Shown here piece after piece: positions 41,166 through 52,007 of a stretch of DNA of 64,000 bases. The notes under the pieces are model-generated. The model did no database searches. It saw only the letters and a program-made list of their open reading frames with translations, and had not been told where the DNA came from. A program made the translations under genes and the position numbers. Numbering within the stretch: position 1 is the first letter of the stretch; each line of letters starts with the position of its first letter. The stretch comes from an uncultured Acidobacteriota bacterium (GTDB lineage Bacteria > Acidobacteriota > Thermoanaerobaculia > UBA5066 > Gp7-AA6), in the NCBI GenBank assembly GCA_963829925.1, contig CAWHKQ010000015.1:182073-246072 (forward strand), read 5' to 3'.

Positions 41166-42149
41166 GTGCCGGTGAGACTCCTCCTCATGGCCGGCGGCTC
41201 CGGCACACGGCTCTGGCCGCTCTCCACGGAGGCGCGGCCCAAGCAGTTCCTTGCGCTGCTCTCCGAGAAGAGCCTGCTCGCGGAAACCTATGCCCGCCTC
41301 GTTCCGCTCTCGTCGGACGTCTGGGTGGCGACGACCGCGCGCCACGTGGACCTCGTGCGCCGTGAGCTTCCGGGAGTCGCTTCCGAGAGGATCCTGGCGG
41401 AGCCCGCGCGCCGCAACTCGGGACCCGCGATCCTGGCGGCGGCCCTCCGTTTCGCGGCCGACGGAGATCCGGTCGTCGCCGTCGTTCCGTCCGACCAGAC
41501 CGTGAGCGACGCCGAGGCGCTGCGCCGCGCGCTGACGGAAGCGGCGGATCTGGCCGACCGCGCGAACGTGGTCGTCCTGGCCGTCCCGCCCAGCCGTCCC
41601 GAGACGGACTTCGGCTACCTCGAGGTCCGCGACGGCGCCGTCGTGCGCTTCTCCGAGAAACCGGACGCGGCCGGCGCGCGGGAGTACGCGGCTTCCGGCC
41701 GGCACTTCTGGAACGCCGGAATGTTCGTTTTCCGTCCATCGCGGTTCCTCGCGGCGGCCCGCGGCGCTTCGGCGAGCCTCGTCGAGGGTGTCGAGCGGTA
41801 CGCGCGGACCGGCGCCGCCGGCGACTACGAGGCGCTGCCGGACATCTCGATCGACTTCGCCGTGATGGAGAAGATCTCCGGAGCGCGCGCTGTCCCGCTC
41901 GACGCGGGCTGGAGCGACGTGGGCACCTGGCGCTCGGTCCGCGAGCTGCGCGAGCGGGCCGGAGCCGGAGACGCATCCGGCAACCTCGTTCTTTCGCCCG
42001 TGCCGGTCCTGGCCCCCGGCGTCAGGGACACGGCGATCGTCGTGGGCGACGGCGGGGTCCTGGTCCTCCCGTTCGATCGGGAGGGGGAGCTCCGGGCGTC
42101 CGTCCAGGGGCTCCCGCGGCGGGAACACCCGGAGCCGGTGAAGGGTTAG
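41166..42149 (+). CDS. Mannose-1-phosphate guanylyltransferase-like nucleotidyltransferase
   Basis: LLLMAGGSGTRLWPLSTEARPKQF... and ...GMFVF... motifs of NDP-sugar pyrophosphorylases. Intact 327 aa (GTG start, or an internal ATG 7 codons later). Confidence 0.8.
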   Translation: MPVRLLLMAGGSGTRLWPLSTEARPKQFLALLSEKSLLAETYARLVPLSSDVWVATTARHVDLVRRELPGVASERILAEPARRNSGPAILAAALRFAADGDPVVAVVPSDQTVSDAEALRRALTEAADLADRANVVVLAVPPSRPETDFGYLEVRDGAVVRFSEKPDAAGAREYAASGRHFWNAGMFVFRPSRFLAAARGASASLVEGVERYARTGAAGDYEALPDISIDFAVMEKISGARAVPLDAGWSDVGTWRSVRELRERAGAGDASGNLVLSPVPVLAPGVRDTAIVVGDGGVLVLPFDREGELRASVQGLPRREHPEPVKG

Positions 42150-42166
42150 CAGGAGTACAGACTGCC

Positions 42167-43108
42167 ATGAACACCGCATCGGCAACCGCGCTCTTGAAGC
42201 TGCGCGACAACGTGGGGCTCGCCTATCGGGGCGACGGGAGGGCCGTGGACCTGCTCCTGACGGCCCTGTTGTCGCGCGGCCACGTCCTGATCGAGGACGT
42301 GCCGGGCGTCGGAAAGACGACGCTGGCGCGCGCCCTGGGCCGGAGCCTGGCGCTGGACTTCCGGCGGATCCAGTTCACCAGCGACACGCTGCCGGCCGAC
42401 GTCCTCGGGATCTCGGTGTTCCACGCTCCCAACGACCGGTTCGAGTTCCATCCCGGCCCGATCTTCGCCAACATCGTCCTGGCCGACGAGATCAACCGCG
42501 CGACACCCAAGACGCAGTCGGCTCTGCTCGAGGCGATGAACGAAACGGCGGTCACCGTCGAGTCCGAGCGCCGGCCCCTCCCGCAGCCGTTCATGGTCGT
42601 CGCGACTCAGAACCCGGTCGAGTACCTCGGGACATACCCGCTGCCGGAATCGCAGATGGACCGCTTCTTCCTCCGTCTCTCGCTGGGCTATCCCGCGGAA
42701 ACCGAGGAGAAGATGCTCCTGCGCCGCGGCGGAACCGAGCGCGTGCTGGCGTCGATTCCGGCCGTGCTCTCGCCGGCCGAGGTCCTCGCGCTCCAGGACG
42801 AGACGGAGAAAGTGGCCGTCGCCGACCGGCTTCTCGACTACGTCCAGGGGATCGTGCGTGCCACGCGACAGACGGCGGAGCTTCGGCTGCCCGTTTCGAC
42901 GCGCGGAGCGCAGGCGTTCTACCGGGCGGCGCAGGCCCACGCGCTTCTCGGAGGACGCGCCTACGCCACGCCGGACGACGTCCAGGCCGTCGCGGAGCCG
43001 GTTCTCGCGCACCGGATCCTGTCCATCTCGTCGGACGGGTTCGGGGCGGGGGGAAGGGAGAAGGAGATCGTCCGGAAGATCCTGTCGCAGGTGCCGGTCC
43101 CGGTGTGA
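42167..43108 (+). CDS. MoxR-family AAA+ ATPase
   Basis: Intact 313 aa. LIEDVPGVGKTTLARALGRSL, ...VLADEINRATPKTQSALLEAM..., typical MoxR. Confidence 0.85.
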   Translation: MNTASATALLKLRDNVGLAYRGDGRAVDLLLTALLSRGHVLIEDVPGVGKTTLARALGRSLALDFRRIQFTSDTLPADVLGISVFHAPNDRFEFHPGPIFANIVLADEINRATPKTQSALLEAMNETAVTVESERRPLPQPFMVVATQNPVEYLGTYPLPESQMDRFFLRLSLGYPAETEEKMLLRRGGTERVLASIPAVLSPAEVLALQDETEKVAVADRLLDYVQGIVRATRQTAELRLPVSTRGAQAFYRAAQAHALLGGRAYATPDDVQAVAEPVLAHRILSISSDGFGAGGREKEIVRKILSQVPVPV

Positions 43109-43115
43109 TCCACGC

Positions 43116-44103
43116 ATGACCCGCCTCATCCCGGACTGGGAAATCCGCGTCACGAACTTCGGCCTGGGCTACATCCTGATGTGCCTCGTCGTCGCGATCG
43201 CGGCGACGAACACGGGCAACAACGGTCTCTACCTGGTGCTCGCGGCGATGCTCGCCGCGCTGATCGTCTCGGGGTTCCTCTCGCGCCGCAACGTGCGGAG
43301 CGTCCGGTGCGAACTGGAGACGGTCGGCGAGGTCATCGCCACCCGTCCCGCCTGGTTGAAGCTCAAGCTCGAGAACGAGCTCGTGACGGGCACGGCACAG
43401 GCCATCTTCTTCCTTCACGAGTCCCTGCCGGGCCCGCTCTGGATCGACCCGCTGAAGGCCGGCGAGAAGCGGGAGATGATCGTGGAAGGCGTGTTCCCCC
43501 GCCGCGGCGTCTACCGCGACGCCGACGCGGGCCTGCTGTCGCGGTTTCCGCTCGGGTTCTTCCGCAAGTACCGCAAGGCCTCCATCGGCCGCGAGATCGT
43601 CGTCTATCCGCTCCCGGTCTCCAGTCCGGTGCCGGTCATTCCGCCGGAGGACGCGCGGGGAGGGCGGCCGCATCCGCGCTCGCGCGGCAGCGGCTCCGAC
43701 ATCCGGACGCTGCGGGAATTCTCGCCGGGCGACGACCCTCGCGACCTGCACTGGAAGCAGTCCGCGCGGATGGGCCGGTGGATCGTGCGGGAGCGCGAGG
43801 CGGAGCGGGATCGCGTGCTCTTTCTGGCGGTGGAGAACGGGATTGCGGAGCCCGTCGACGCGGCGGCGCTCGAGCGCTTCGAGAGGGCGGTCGCGCGCTG
43901 CGCGGGGCAGGCGCTGCTTCTCCTGTCGCGCGGGGCGGAGGTCGGGTTCCACGCCCGCGGACGTCAAGGTGGCGGCCCGGGGAGGCAAGAGCCAGCGTCT
44001 CAGGATCCTCGACGCGCTGGCCCGCCTGGATCCCGTCCCGCTCGCCTCGGCCCCGAGCTTCCCGGCCATGCGGCGGGGGGACCTGAGATGGTTCGTTTCG
44101 TGA
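43116..44103 (+). CDS. DUF58 (VWA-like) protein, MoxR partner; frameshift near 43960
   Basis: ...DIRTLREFSPGDDPRDLHWKQSARMGRWIVRERE... is the DUF58 signature. The C-terminus is in the ORF 43843..44103. Confidence 0.7.
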
Positions 44104-46103
44104 GGGATCGTCGGGAGATGCCCCAGGGCCTGGCCCGGGCCTACCTGCTGTCGCTGGCCCCCGCGGCGTTCCTGGCTCCGCTGCCTCTTCTCTGGACGCA
44201 AGGCGCGGGACGCGAGGCGATCCTGCTCTACGAGCTCGGGCTGCTCTACCTGTGGTGGCGCGCCCGCGCCCGCCGGACCGTGCGGGTCTCGGACGCCCTG
44301 ATGAACGTGGCGGGCCTCGTCTACCTGGTCTGGCTGGGCTATTCGGTCGTGACGCTGCGGACCGGCCTGCTGCCCTCGGTCGCGCACCTGCTGCTCTTCA
44401 CGGGGCTCGCCAAGCTCGCGTCGCTGAAGCGTCCGAGCGAGGCGCGCCTGGCTCTGCTGGTCATCTTTCTGCTGACCCTGGCCGCGGCCTCCACGTCGAC
44501 GCACGTGGCTTCGCTTCTCTACTTCGGCGCGATGGCCTGGGTCGGGTTCCGCACGCTCGCGCTTGCTGGCGGTGCTCGCCGACTTCGACGAAGCGCCTCC
44601 CGAGAAAGTGCTAGGATCGGTCCCGACCCGCGGGCTCGCTCTCGTGGGCCTCGCCGCCGGCGCGCTCTGCACGGCGCCCCTCTTCTTCGCCCTGCCCCGG
44701 CTCCACGGGCCGTATGCGGTCGCGCCCTTCCGGATCGGCGACGCCGTTTCCCAGGCGCTCGCCGCCGACCGCGTGGATCTCGAAGCCTTCGGTGCGGCCA
44801 AACGCAGCGACCGGGTCATCCTGCGTATCTCGGGGGAGCCGGACCTGCCCCGCGGAGACGGGCTGCGGTTGCGCGAGGCGGATTTCGTGGAGTACCACGA
44901 CGGCGTCTGGATCCGGAACCCGTCCATCGGCGGCCGCCGCGGCCAGGGTTCCGCTTACGGCGGCGGCCCCGAGCCCGTGGCCACGGTCGTGTCGGTCGAC
45001 TTGAACGTGTTCGGCCAGGGGTTTCTGTTTCTGCCCGTACGGCACCTCGGCGGTGCGACTGGAAAAAGGACGGGCCACGGAGCTGACGGACGGCGTGCTG
45101 CGGGTTTCCTCGGGCCGCGGGACGGTCCGGTACAACGTGGACGTGCGGCGCGGACCCGAGCGGGCCCGGGGCGCAGCCGGATCTCGCCGTCGGAAGTGCC
45201 GGAACGAGGTCCGGCAATACGCGCTGCAGCTGACCGCCGGCCTGACCGACGCGCGCGAGATCTACCGGCGCATCGAGGAGCATCTGCTCAAGGACTTCAT
45301 CTACACGCTCGACCCGCCCCCGGCGAACGGCGATCCCATCGCCAGCTTCCTTCTGCGCTCGCGGGCGGGCCACTGCGAATACTTCGCGTCGGCCGCGGCG
45401 ATGATGCTGGCCGCCCGAGGCGTGCCGGCGCGTCTGGTGACGGGCTCCTTCGGTGGCGAAGAGGGGCTGTTCTCGCGGTCTCTCGATCGTGCGCGCGCAG
45501 AATCTCCATGCCTGGGTCGAGGCGGATCTCGGGGGAGGCGGCTTCGAGATCCTGGACCCGACGCCGCCGTCCGGCGTTCCGCCCGCCGTCCGGACCTACT
45601 CCCTCTTTGCGCGCCTGGCGTCGCTCGGCCGGGAGATCGAGTTTTTCTACGACCGGCACGTCCTCGGCTTCGATTCCCTCGACCAGGTGGGAGCGGTCGA
45701 GGCCGCCCGCGAATCGCTGGGGGAGGCCGCCAGCTCGCTGACGTCCTTCGGAAGATCCGCCCGCGAGCTGCTCACGCCTTCGAATGCGGCCGGCCTTCTC
45801 GCGGTCGGGCTCGCGGCCTGGCTCCTCGCCCGCCTCCTTCTGCGGCGGCGCGGCGGGAACACGCCGGAGACCCGGGCCTATCTGGCGTTGCGGAGCCTTC
45901 TCGCCCGCCGGGGACCGGTGTCCGACGCGACGCCGCCGGCGGAGATCGCCCGACTCCTCGCCGAGCGCGCGCCGGAAGGGCGCGACGACGCGGACGCCGT
46001 CGTGTCCATCTACTGCGCGAGCGCCTTCGGCGGCCTCGAGGCAGGCGAGGATGAGCGTCGCGAGCTTGCCGAACGGCTGAAACGGCTGCGGAAGCTGGCC
46101 TAG
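44086..46103 (+). CDS. Transglutaminase-like membrane protein (DUF3488 + transglutaminase core + DUF4129-like), TgpA-like; about 3 frameshifts
   Basis: The ATG overlaps the DUF58 stop. N-terminal TM region. Core ...FLLRSRAGHCEYFASAAAMMLAARGVPARLVTGSFGG... with the Cys-His-Asp triad context. The C-terminal helical TM tail is in the ORF 45453..46103. Confidence 0.65.
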
Positions 46104-46176
46104 TCTCTCAGATCAATTGCCGCGCCCGCGCGGCGACGAGGGCGCTGTCGTCGTTCGGGGCTGCCCGCCTCGGCCG

Positions 46177-47656
46177 TCAGTACGCGTTGCGGTGGCGCAG
46201 GCCGTGCCGCAGCGTCATCCAGAGGATCTTGATGTCGAGCGAGAGCGACCAGTTCTCGATGTAGTAGAGGTCGTACTCGATGCGCTTGGAGAGGCTGGTG
46301 TTGCCGCGCCAGCCGTGCACCTGGGCCCAGCCCGTGATGCCGGCCCGCACGCGGTGGCGGAGCATGTACTGCGGGAACTTCTCCTTGAACTCGCGGACGA
46401 ACTCGGGCCTCTCGGGGCGCGGGCCCACCAGCGACATCTCGCCGCGGAACACGTTGACGAGCTGGGGCAGCTCGTCGAGGCTCCACGCCCGAGGAAACGC
46501 GCCGAGGCGGGTCCGGCGCGGGTCGTCCTCGCTGGCCCAGGTCGGGCCGGACTCCTCTTCGGCGCCGACGACCATCGAGCGGAATTTCAGGATGTCGAAG
46601 GGCCGGCCGTCGAGGCCCATGCGGCGCTGGCGATAGAGGATCGGGCCGCGGCCCGAGAGGCGGATCGCCAGCGGCGATCGCGCCGAGCAGCGGCGAGAAA
46701 GCGCCGACGAGGGCCGCCCGCCGAGATCGCGACGTCGAGCGTGCGCTTGACGAGGCTCATCCAGCCCGTCAGCGGCACCTGGGTCAGGTGGACGACGGGC
46801 AGGCCGTCGAAGTCCTCGATCGCCGGCGCGGAAGGTGATGTACTGGAGCAGGTCCGGCACGACCCGGACGTCGGCGACGGTGCGGCCCACGTCCTGCAGG
46901 ACCGACAGCATCGGCCCGATGCGCGTCGAGGGGGAGAGCGAGAAAGACCGTGTCGACTCCGCGCTCGTCGACGATCCGGGCCGACGTCCGCGGTCGTGCC
47001 GATCACGGGCAGCGCCGCGGTACGAGGTCGAGCGCTTCTCCGGCGCGTCGTCGACGAATCCGATCGCCCGGAGGCCCGGCCTCGGGATGCTCGAGGAACT
47101 TGTCGACGAGCGCGCGGCCCAGCCGTCCGGCGCCGACGACGAGCACGTGCCGCACGTTGACGCCGTGCCGCCAGGCCTCCTCGAGATAGCGGCGGATGGC
47201 GGTGCGGCCGGCGAACACGAAGAGCACGTCGAGACCGAAGAAGAAGAGGAGCACGAGCCGCGAGTAGGAGAATCCGCGGTAGAAGGTCGCGAGGCCCGCG
47301 AGCAGCAGCGTCGCGAGCCCCGTCGCGACGAAGACCGAAAGCCCCTCCTCGACCCGGGAGCGGTTCCGGCGCACCTGGTAGAGGCCGTAGAAGTAATAGA
47401 CGATCGGCCACAGAACGGCCATCAGCGGGAAGAGGCGGTAGTAGGAGGACGCGTCGGGAATGCCCTTCGTGACGGGCACGATCTCCGCCCGAAACCGCAG
47501 GAAGTACGCGGCGGACAGGGCGGCCAGCGTCGCGCCGACGTCGGAGACGGCGAGGAGGAACGCGATGCGACGCGTGGAGTTTCGGATCACGGCAAAACGC
47601 TGACTCAGCGAGCCTCGGAAACTCTCCGGCGAAACGCTCTCCGGCGGAAAGGGCAA
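46177..47656 (-). CDS. Exopolysaccharide-priming polyprenyl-phosphate hexose-1-phosphate transferase (WbaP/bacterial sugar transferase family); frameshifted
   Basis: N-terminal TM domain (ORF 47003..47656). C-terminal ...DILKFRSMVVGAEEESGPTWASEDDPRRTRLGAFPRAWSLDELPQLVNVFRGEMSLVGPRPERPEF...GITGWAQV. Confidence 0.7.
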
Positions 47657-47659
47657 GGC

Positions 47660-48690
47660 CGAGCCCCGCAGGACGAGTGTAATCGAAACGGGCGCTCGGG
47701 GCGCGGCGTGAGGGCCTCGGCGAGGCCCCGGGCGTCGTCTCCGGTGTCTCCATACAGGGCGCCGTTGTCGCCGTCACGGACGAAGTCGCGCGCTCCTCCG
47801 CGTCCGAGCGCGACGACCGGGGCGCCGCAGGCGAGCGCCTCGACCGCCGCGATGCCGAAGTCCTCTTCGCCGGGTTGAACGGAAGTCGCGCAGGTTCGAT
47901 AGAGGTCGCGGAGCTGCTCGGGGGAGCACTGCCCGACACGAAGTCTACGGAGGCAGGCGCGACCGCGCGGAGGCGCGCCTCCTCGGGGCCGCGGCCCGAC
48001 GAGGACGAGCCGGCGGCCGAGCCGCCGCGCGGCCTCGATCGCGACTTCGTAGCGCTTGTACGGCACGAGCGCGCCGACGGCGAGGAGAAAGCTCTCGCGC
48101 GGCCGGTCGCCGAGGGTTGAAAGTAATCGACGTCCACCGGAGGGTGGCAGACCTCGGACTCGCGCCCGTAGTGGCGGAGGATGCTGGCGGCGACCGCCGA
48201 CGAGTTGGCGAGGTAGCGCGTCGGCGTCGCGGCCGTGGCCACGTCCCATGCGCGCAGACGCCCGATCGCGGCGGCCTTGAGCCCGTAAAGCGCGTCCTTC
48301 CCGGCGGGAAGTAGAGATCGAACTGCTCGTAGGCGTAGCGGACGGGCGTGTGGCAATAGGAGAGGTGCGGAGCTCCGTCGCGGGCGATCGCTCCTTTGGC
48401 GACGCAGTGCGACGAGGAGACGACGAGGTCGAAGCCCGAGAGATCGAAGGACTCGACCGCCCTCGGAAAGAGCGGAAGGTAGTTACGGTAGTCGCGCTCC
48501 GGGCGAACGGCAAGTCGGTTGAGAGACGAGGCCACGAATCGGATAGCGTCTCGATCGCCGGCGAGACGGAGCCGGGGACGTGGAAGAGGGTGAAGATCGT
48601 CGGCTCGGGCACGAGCGGAAGGATGGCCTCGAGCACCTTCTCGCCGCCCCGCATTCCGTTGAGCCAGTCGTGGACGACGGCGGTTTTCAT
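47660..48690 (-). CDS. GT4-family glycosyltransferase; frameshifted
   Basis: MKTAVVHDWLNGMRGGEKVLEAIL..., ...DLVVSSSHCVAKGAI..., C-terminal ...EEDFGIAAVEALACGAPVVALGRGGARDFVRDGDNGALY. Confidence 0.6.
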
Positions 48691-48719
48691 GCGGGTCGCG
48701 AACCGGGCTCCGGGAGTCG

Positions 48720-49790
48720 GGGCCCGGGATTCCGGCCCAGGGCCTCGGCGTAGACCCGCAGCGTCTGTTCCGCCGCCTTGTCCCAGGAGAAGTCGCGGGC
48801 CCGCCGCTTGCCGAGGTCCGCGAACTCCGTCCGCCGGGCTCGGATCGGTCGCGAGATCCACGATGCCGCGGGCGATGGCGTCCACGTCCATCGGGTCGAC
48901 GAGGTACGCGTATCCTCCGGCGATCTCCTGCAGCGCGGACGTCGAGGAGGTCAGGACCGGCACGCCGCAGGCCATGGCCTCGACGACGGGCAGGCCGAAG
49001 CCTTCGTAGAGAGTCGGGTAGAGAAACGCGTCCGCGCCGGCGAAAAGGCCCGGCAGGTCCTCCTCCGGCACGACTCCCGGTGCGGAAGACCCGCGATCGT
49101 CGAGCTCGAGCGCGGAGATCATGGCCTCGACGCGGCTGCGGTTCTTCGGCATGGGGCCGGCGAGGACGAGCGCATGGGGCAGCGCCCGCTCGCGCCGCGC
49201 CTGCGCGAACGCGCGGAGGACGTTGCGCACGTTCTTGTGCGGCTTCTCGCCGCCGAGAAAGAGCAGGTACGGCCGCGGCAGGCCGTACTTGGCGGCGACC
49301 CGGTCTCGTTCCTCGCGGGGAACGATCGCGAATGGTAGCGGGCGGAGACGCCGTTGTAGACGACGTCGACCCGGGCCGGCGCGATGCCGAAGTAGTCCAC
49401 GAGATCGCGCTTGCTGTTGTACGAGACCGTGAGGATCCGGTCCGCGCGGTCGCAGCGCGCGGCGGATCATGACGCGGGCGTAGAGAGCGCGGCGCGGTTG
49501 GGCAGGAACTGCGGATACAGCACGTGGATGATGTCGTGAATGGTCACGACCGCGCGGGCGCGGGCCAGCGGCGGAATCACGTAGTGCGTGGCGTGGAAGA
49601 GGTCGAGCCGGTCGCGCATCAGCCGCCACGCGAAGCGGGTCAGCTCCGAGACCGAGTAACCCGGGCGAGTTCGTCTTCGACGACTCGAGAAGTTCGTCGG
49701 CGAGCGCGGGGAGCGCCTCGCGGTCCTCGCGGCGGACGTAGAGGCGGAACTCGATACGCGCGACGGCCTCGGGCCGCCGCGCGATCGCCT
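48720..49790 (-). CDS. GT4-family glycosyltransferase; frameshifted
   Basis: ...[31 protein letters not shown]... and C-terminal ...[20 protein letters not shown]...[40 protein letters not shown]. Confidence 0.55.
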
Positions 49791-49799
49791 TCGACGAGG

Positions 49800-51000
49800 T
49801 GGCGGACGTAGGAGCCGATCCCGAAGTCGGTCAGCTTGCGCGCGTCGATCCCGATCCGCGGGCGGCCGCGCTTCACGGCTCTCGACCGCGGCCTCGGCGA
49901 AGACGACTTCGGCGAGGGCCCGGCCGTCGGCGTCCGCGGCGTCGTCCCAGCGGAATTCGGCGGCGCGCCGGGGCCGCGGCCGAGGCCAGCTCTTCGCGCA
50001 GAGGCGCGTCCTCGAGCGCCCGCTCGATCTGGCGCGCGAAAGGGCCTCGACGTCGCGGGGCGGGGCGTAGAGCGCGGCGTCGCCGCCGACTTCGAGGAGC
50101 GCCTCGGCCGTCGAGGCCACGACCGGCGTGCCGCAGGCCATCGCTTCGAGGACCGGCAGCCCGAAGCCTTCGGCCAGGGACGGGTACACGAACGCCTCGG
50201 CCGCGCGGTAGAGCTCTCGGGCGGCGTCGCGCGCGGCGTAGCCGGCGACGTGGATCTTGTCGCGGATAGGCCGAGCGGGCGATGCGTCGGTGGAGGCCGG
50301 CCGGTCTTCCAGCCGGAGCCGCCGGCGAGCACGAGGTCGGGCCTCGAGCGGCGGCGGCCCCACATGCGCTCGCAGGCCACGACCAGCGCCTCGACGTTCT
50401 TGCGCGGCTCGAGCGTGCCGAGATAGAGGACGAACGGGCGGCCGTCCGCGTAGCGCTGCCGGGTCCGCCGGCGCGCCGCCGGGTCGTCGGGCGGGCGAGA
50501 AGAAAGCGCGTGTCCACGCCGTTGCGCGCGACGCGCGACCGGCTTGCCGTCTCGGGATAGCGGGCGACGAGCTCCCGGGCGGTGGTCTGCGAAACGCAGA
50601 GGAAGCGGGAGGCGCGCTCCACGGTGCGTTCCCAGAGCGGGACGAAGCCGATCAGCGTCCGGGCGGCGTGCCACTCCGGGTGCGTCAGGGGGGTCAGGTC
50701 GTGCACGGTCGAGACGAACGGGGACGTCCCCGCGGGCCGGCCCGATCGTCAGGGCGGAGACGAGGACGTCGGCGCCCCAGCGGGCGATCCGCTGGGGCAG
50801 GGTCGAGTGGAGCCAGACGATCCCGAAGGGGTGGTGGTCGGTGTGGAGGCTGAACGCTCCGGGCCGGCGCCGTTGACGGAGGCCGGAAAAGGGCGCGGGG
50901 CAAAGAGTCCCACGGACAGTGTCCGGGCCGGGCGGCCAGGCCCCGGGCGATGGCGACGGTGTAGGTGCCGATGCCCGTGCGCTCCTGCAGCAGCGCGCGC
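49800..51000 (-). CDS. GT4-family glycosyltransferase; heavily frameshifted, boundaries uncertain
   Basis: ...[25 protein letters not shown]..., ...[47 protein letters not shown]..., C-terminal ...[40 protein letters not shown]. Confidence 0.45.
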
Positions 51001-51045
51001 GCGTCGATGGCGATCTCTCACGGAAGAGAAGTCTAAGTCGGCGTT

Positions 51046-51064
51046 CACGGTCAAAGTTTGACCG
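51046..51064. promoter_or_regulatory. Perfect 19-bp palindrome ACGGTCAAA-G-TTTGACCGT, candidate TetR/FabR-type operator
   Basis: 9-bp perfectly inverted arms around a central base. It lies 51 bp upstream of the -35 of the fab-operon promoter, in the divergent region shared with the glycosyltransferase cluster. Confidence 0.45.
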
Positions 51065-51114
51065 TGGATTTGGCGACTCTCGACTCCGTGCGGGGAAGGG
51101 CGGAGGTCCCGTCA

Positions 51115-51143
51115 TTTGACTGTTTCGCCGCATCCGGCTAAAA
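51115..51143 (+). promoter_or_regulatory. Consensus sigma-70 promoter: TTGACT, 17-nt spacer, TAAAAT
   Basis: ttgact gtttcgccgcatccggc taaaat. Positioned to drive yceD-rpmF-plsX-fabHD-...-fabF. Confidence 0.7.
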
Positions 51144-51195
51144 TGCGCGGTTCTACCATGACCAGCACGCGAGACGCTCTCTCCGCTCGAATACC

Positions 51196-51698
51196 GTGCT
51201 CGACGAGCCCGTGAGGTTCGCCTTCGAGCTGCCGTGTCCCGTCGCGGCGATCGACCGGGAGCCCTCTGGTCTCGCTGTCGCCCCTCGCATCTCTCGGGTC
51301 AGGTGCGGCGCATCGACGGGGGATACGCGCTCGAGGCCCGGCTCGCCTACGGAGGGGAGCTCGAGTGCAGCCGCTGCCTGGCGCCCTACCCGTTCGAGGA
51401 GAGACGAGAGCTTCTCGCTGGTCCTGTATCCCCGCGGCAGCGGCAGCCGGCGGACGACGTCGAGCTCGACCGCGGCGACCTCGACGTGCTCTACTACGAC
51501 GAGCCGCTGGTCGCGCTCTCGCCCGATCGCCGAGGAGCGCGTGCAGATGGCCTCCCGATGAAGCCCCTCTGCAAGGAGGACTGCCTGGGCCTCTGTCCGA
51601 CGTGCGGAAAGGACTTGAACCAGGGTCCGTGCGCCTGCGCGCCCGAAATCATCGACCCCCGCTGGGAGGCCTTCAAGGCTCTCAAGGAGAAAGTGTAG
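51196..51698 (+). CDS. yceD: YceD/DUF177 family protein (precedes rpmF); frameshifted near 51290
   Basis: C-terminal ...CKEDCLGLCPTCGKDLNQGPCACAPEIIDPRWEAFKALKEKV with the conserved Cys cluster. N-terminal LDEPVRFAFELPCPVAAIDRE in another frame. Confidence 0.65.
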
Positions 51699-51705
51699 GA
51701 CCACG

Positions 51706-51882
51706 ATGCCGAATCCCAAACGGCGCCACAGCAAGGCCCGCCGCGACAAGCGCCGCGCGCACGACGCGCTCGCACGCCGCCCGCGCTGTCGGAGTGTCCC
51801 AACTGCCACGAGGCCAAGCAGCCTCACCGCGTCTGCACGCGCTGCGGGTACTACAAGGGCAAGCAGGCGATCAACCCGTAAG
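51706..51882 (+). CDS. rpmF: 50S ribosomal protein L32; frameshifted
   Basis: MPNPKRRHSKARRDKRRAHDAL... then, in a second frame, ...SECPNCHEAKQPHRVCTRCGYYKGKQAINP*. Confidence 0.75.
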
Positions 51883-52007
51883 ACGTGAACCGGAAGCCGA
51901 CAACCGTAAGCCGAAAGAGCCGCGGCTCACGGCTCACGGCTGACGGCTCACGGCCCCGGCCGTTATAATCCCCGCACCCGTGTTCCTATCAGGCGAGAGA
52001 GGCTGAC

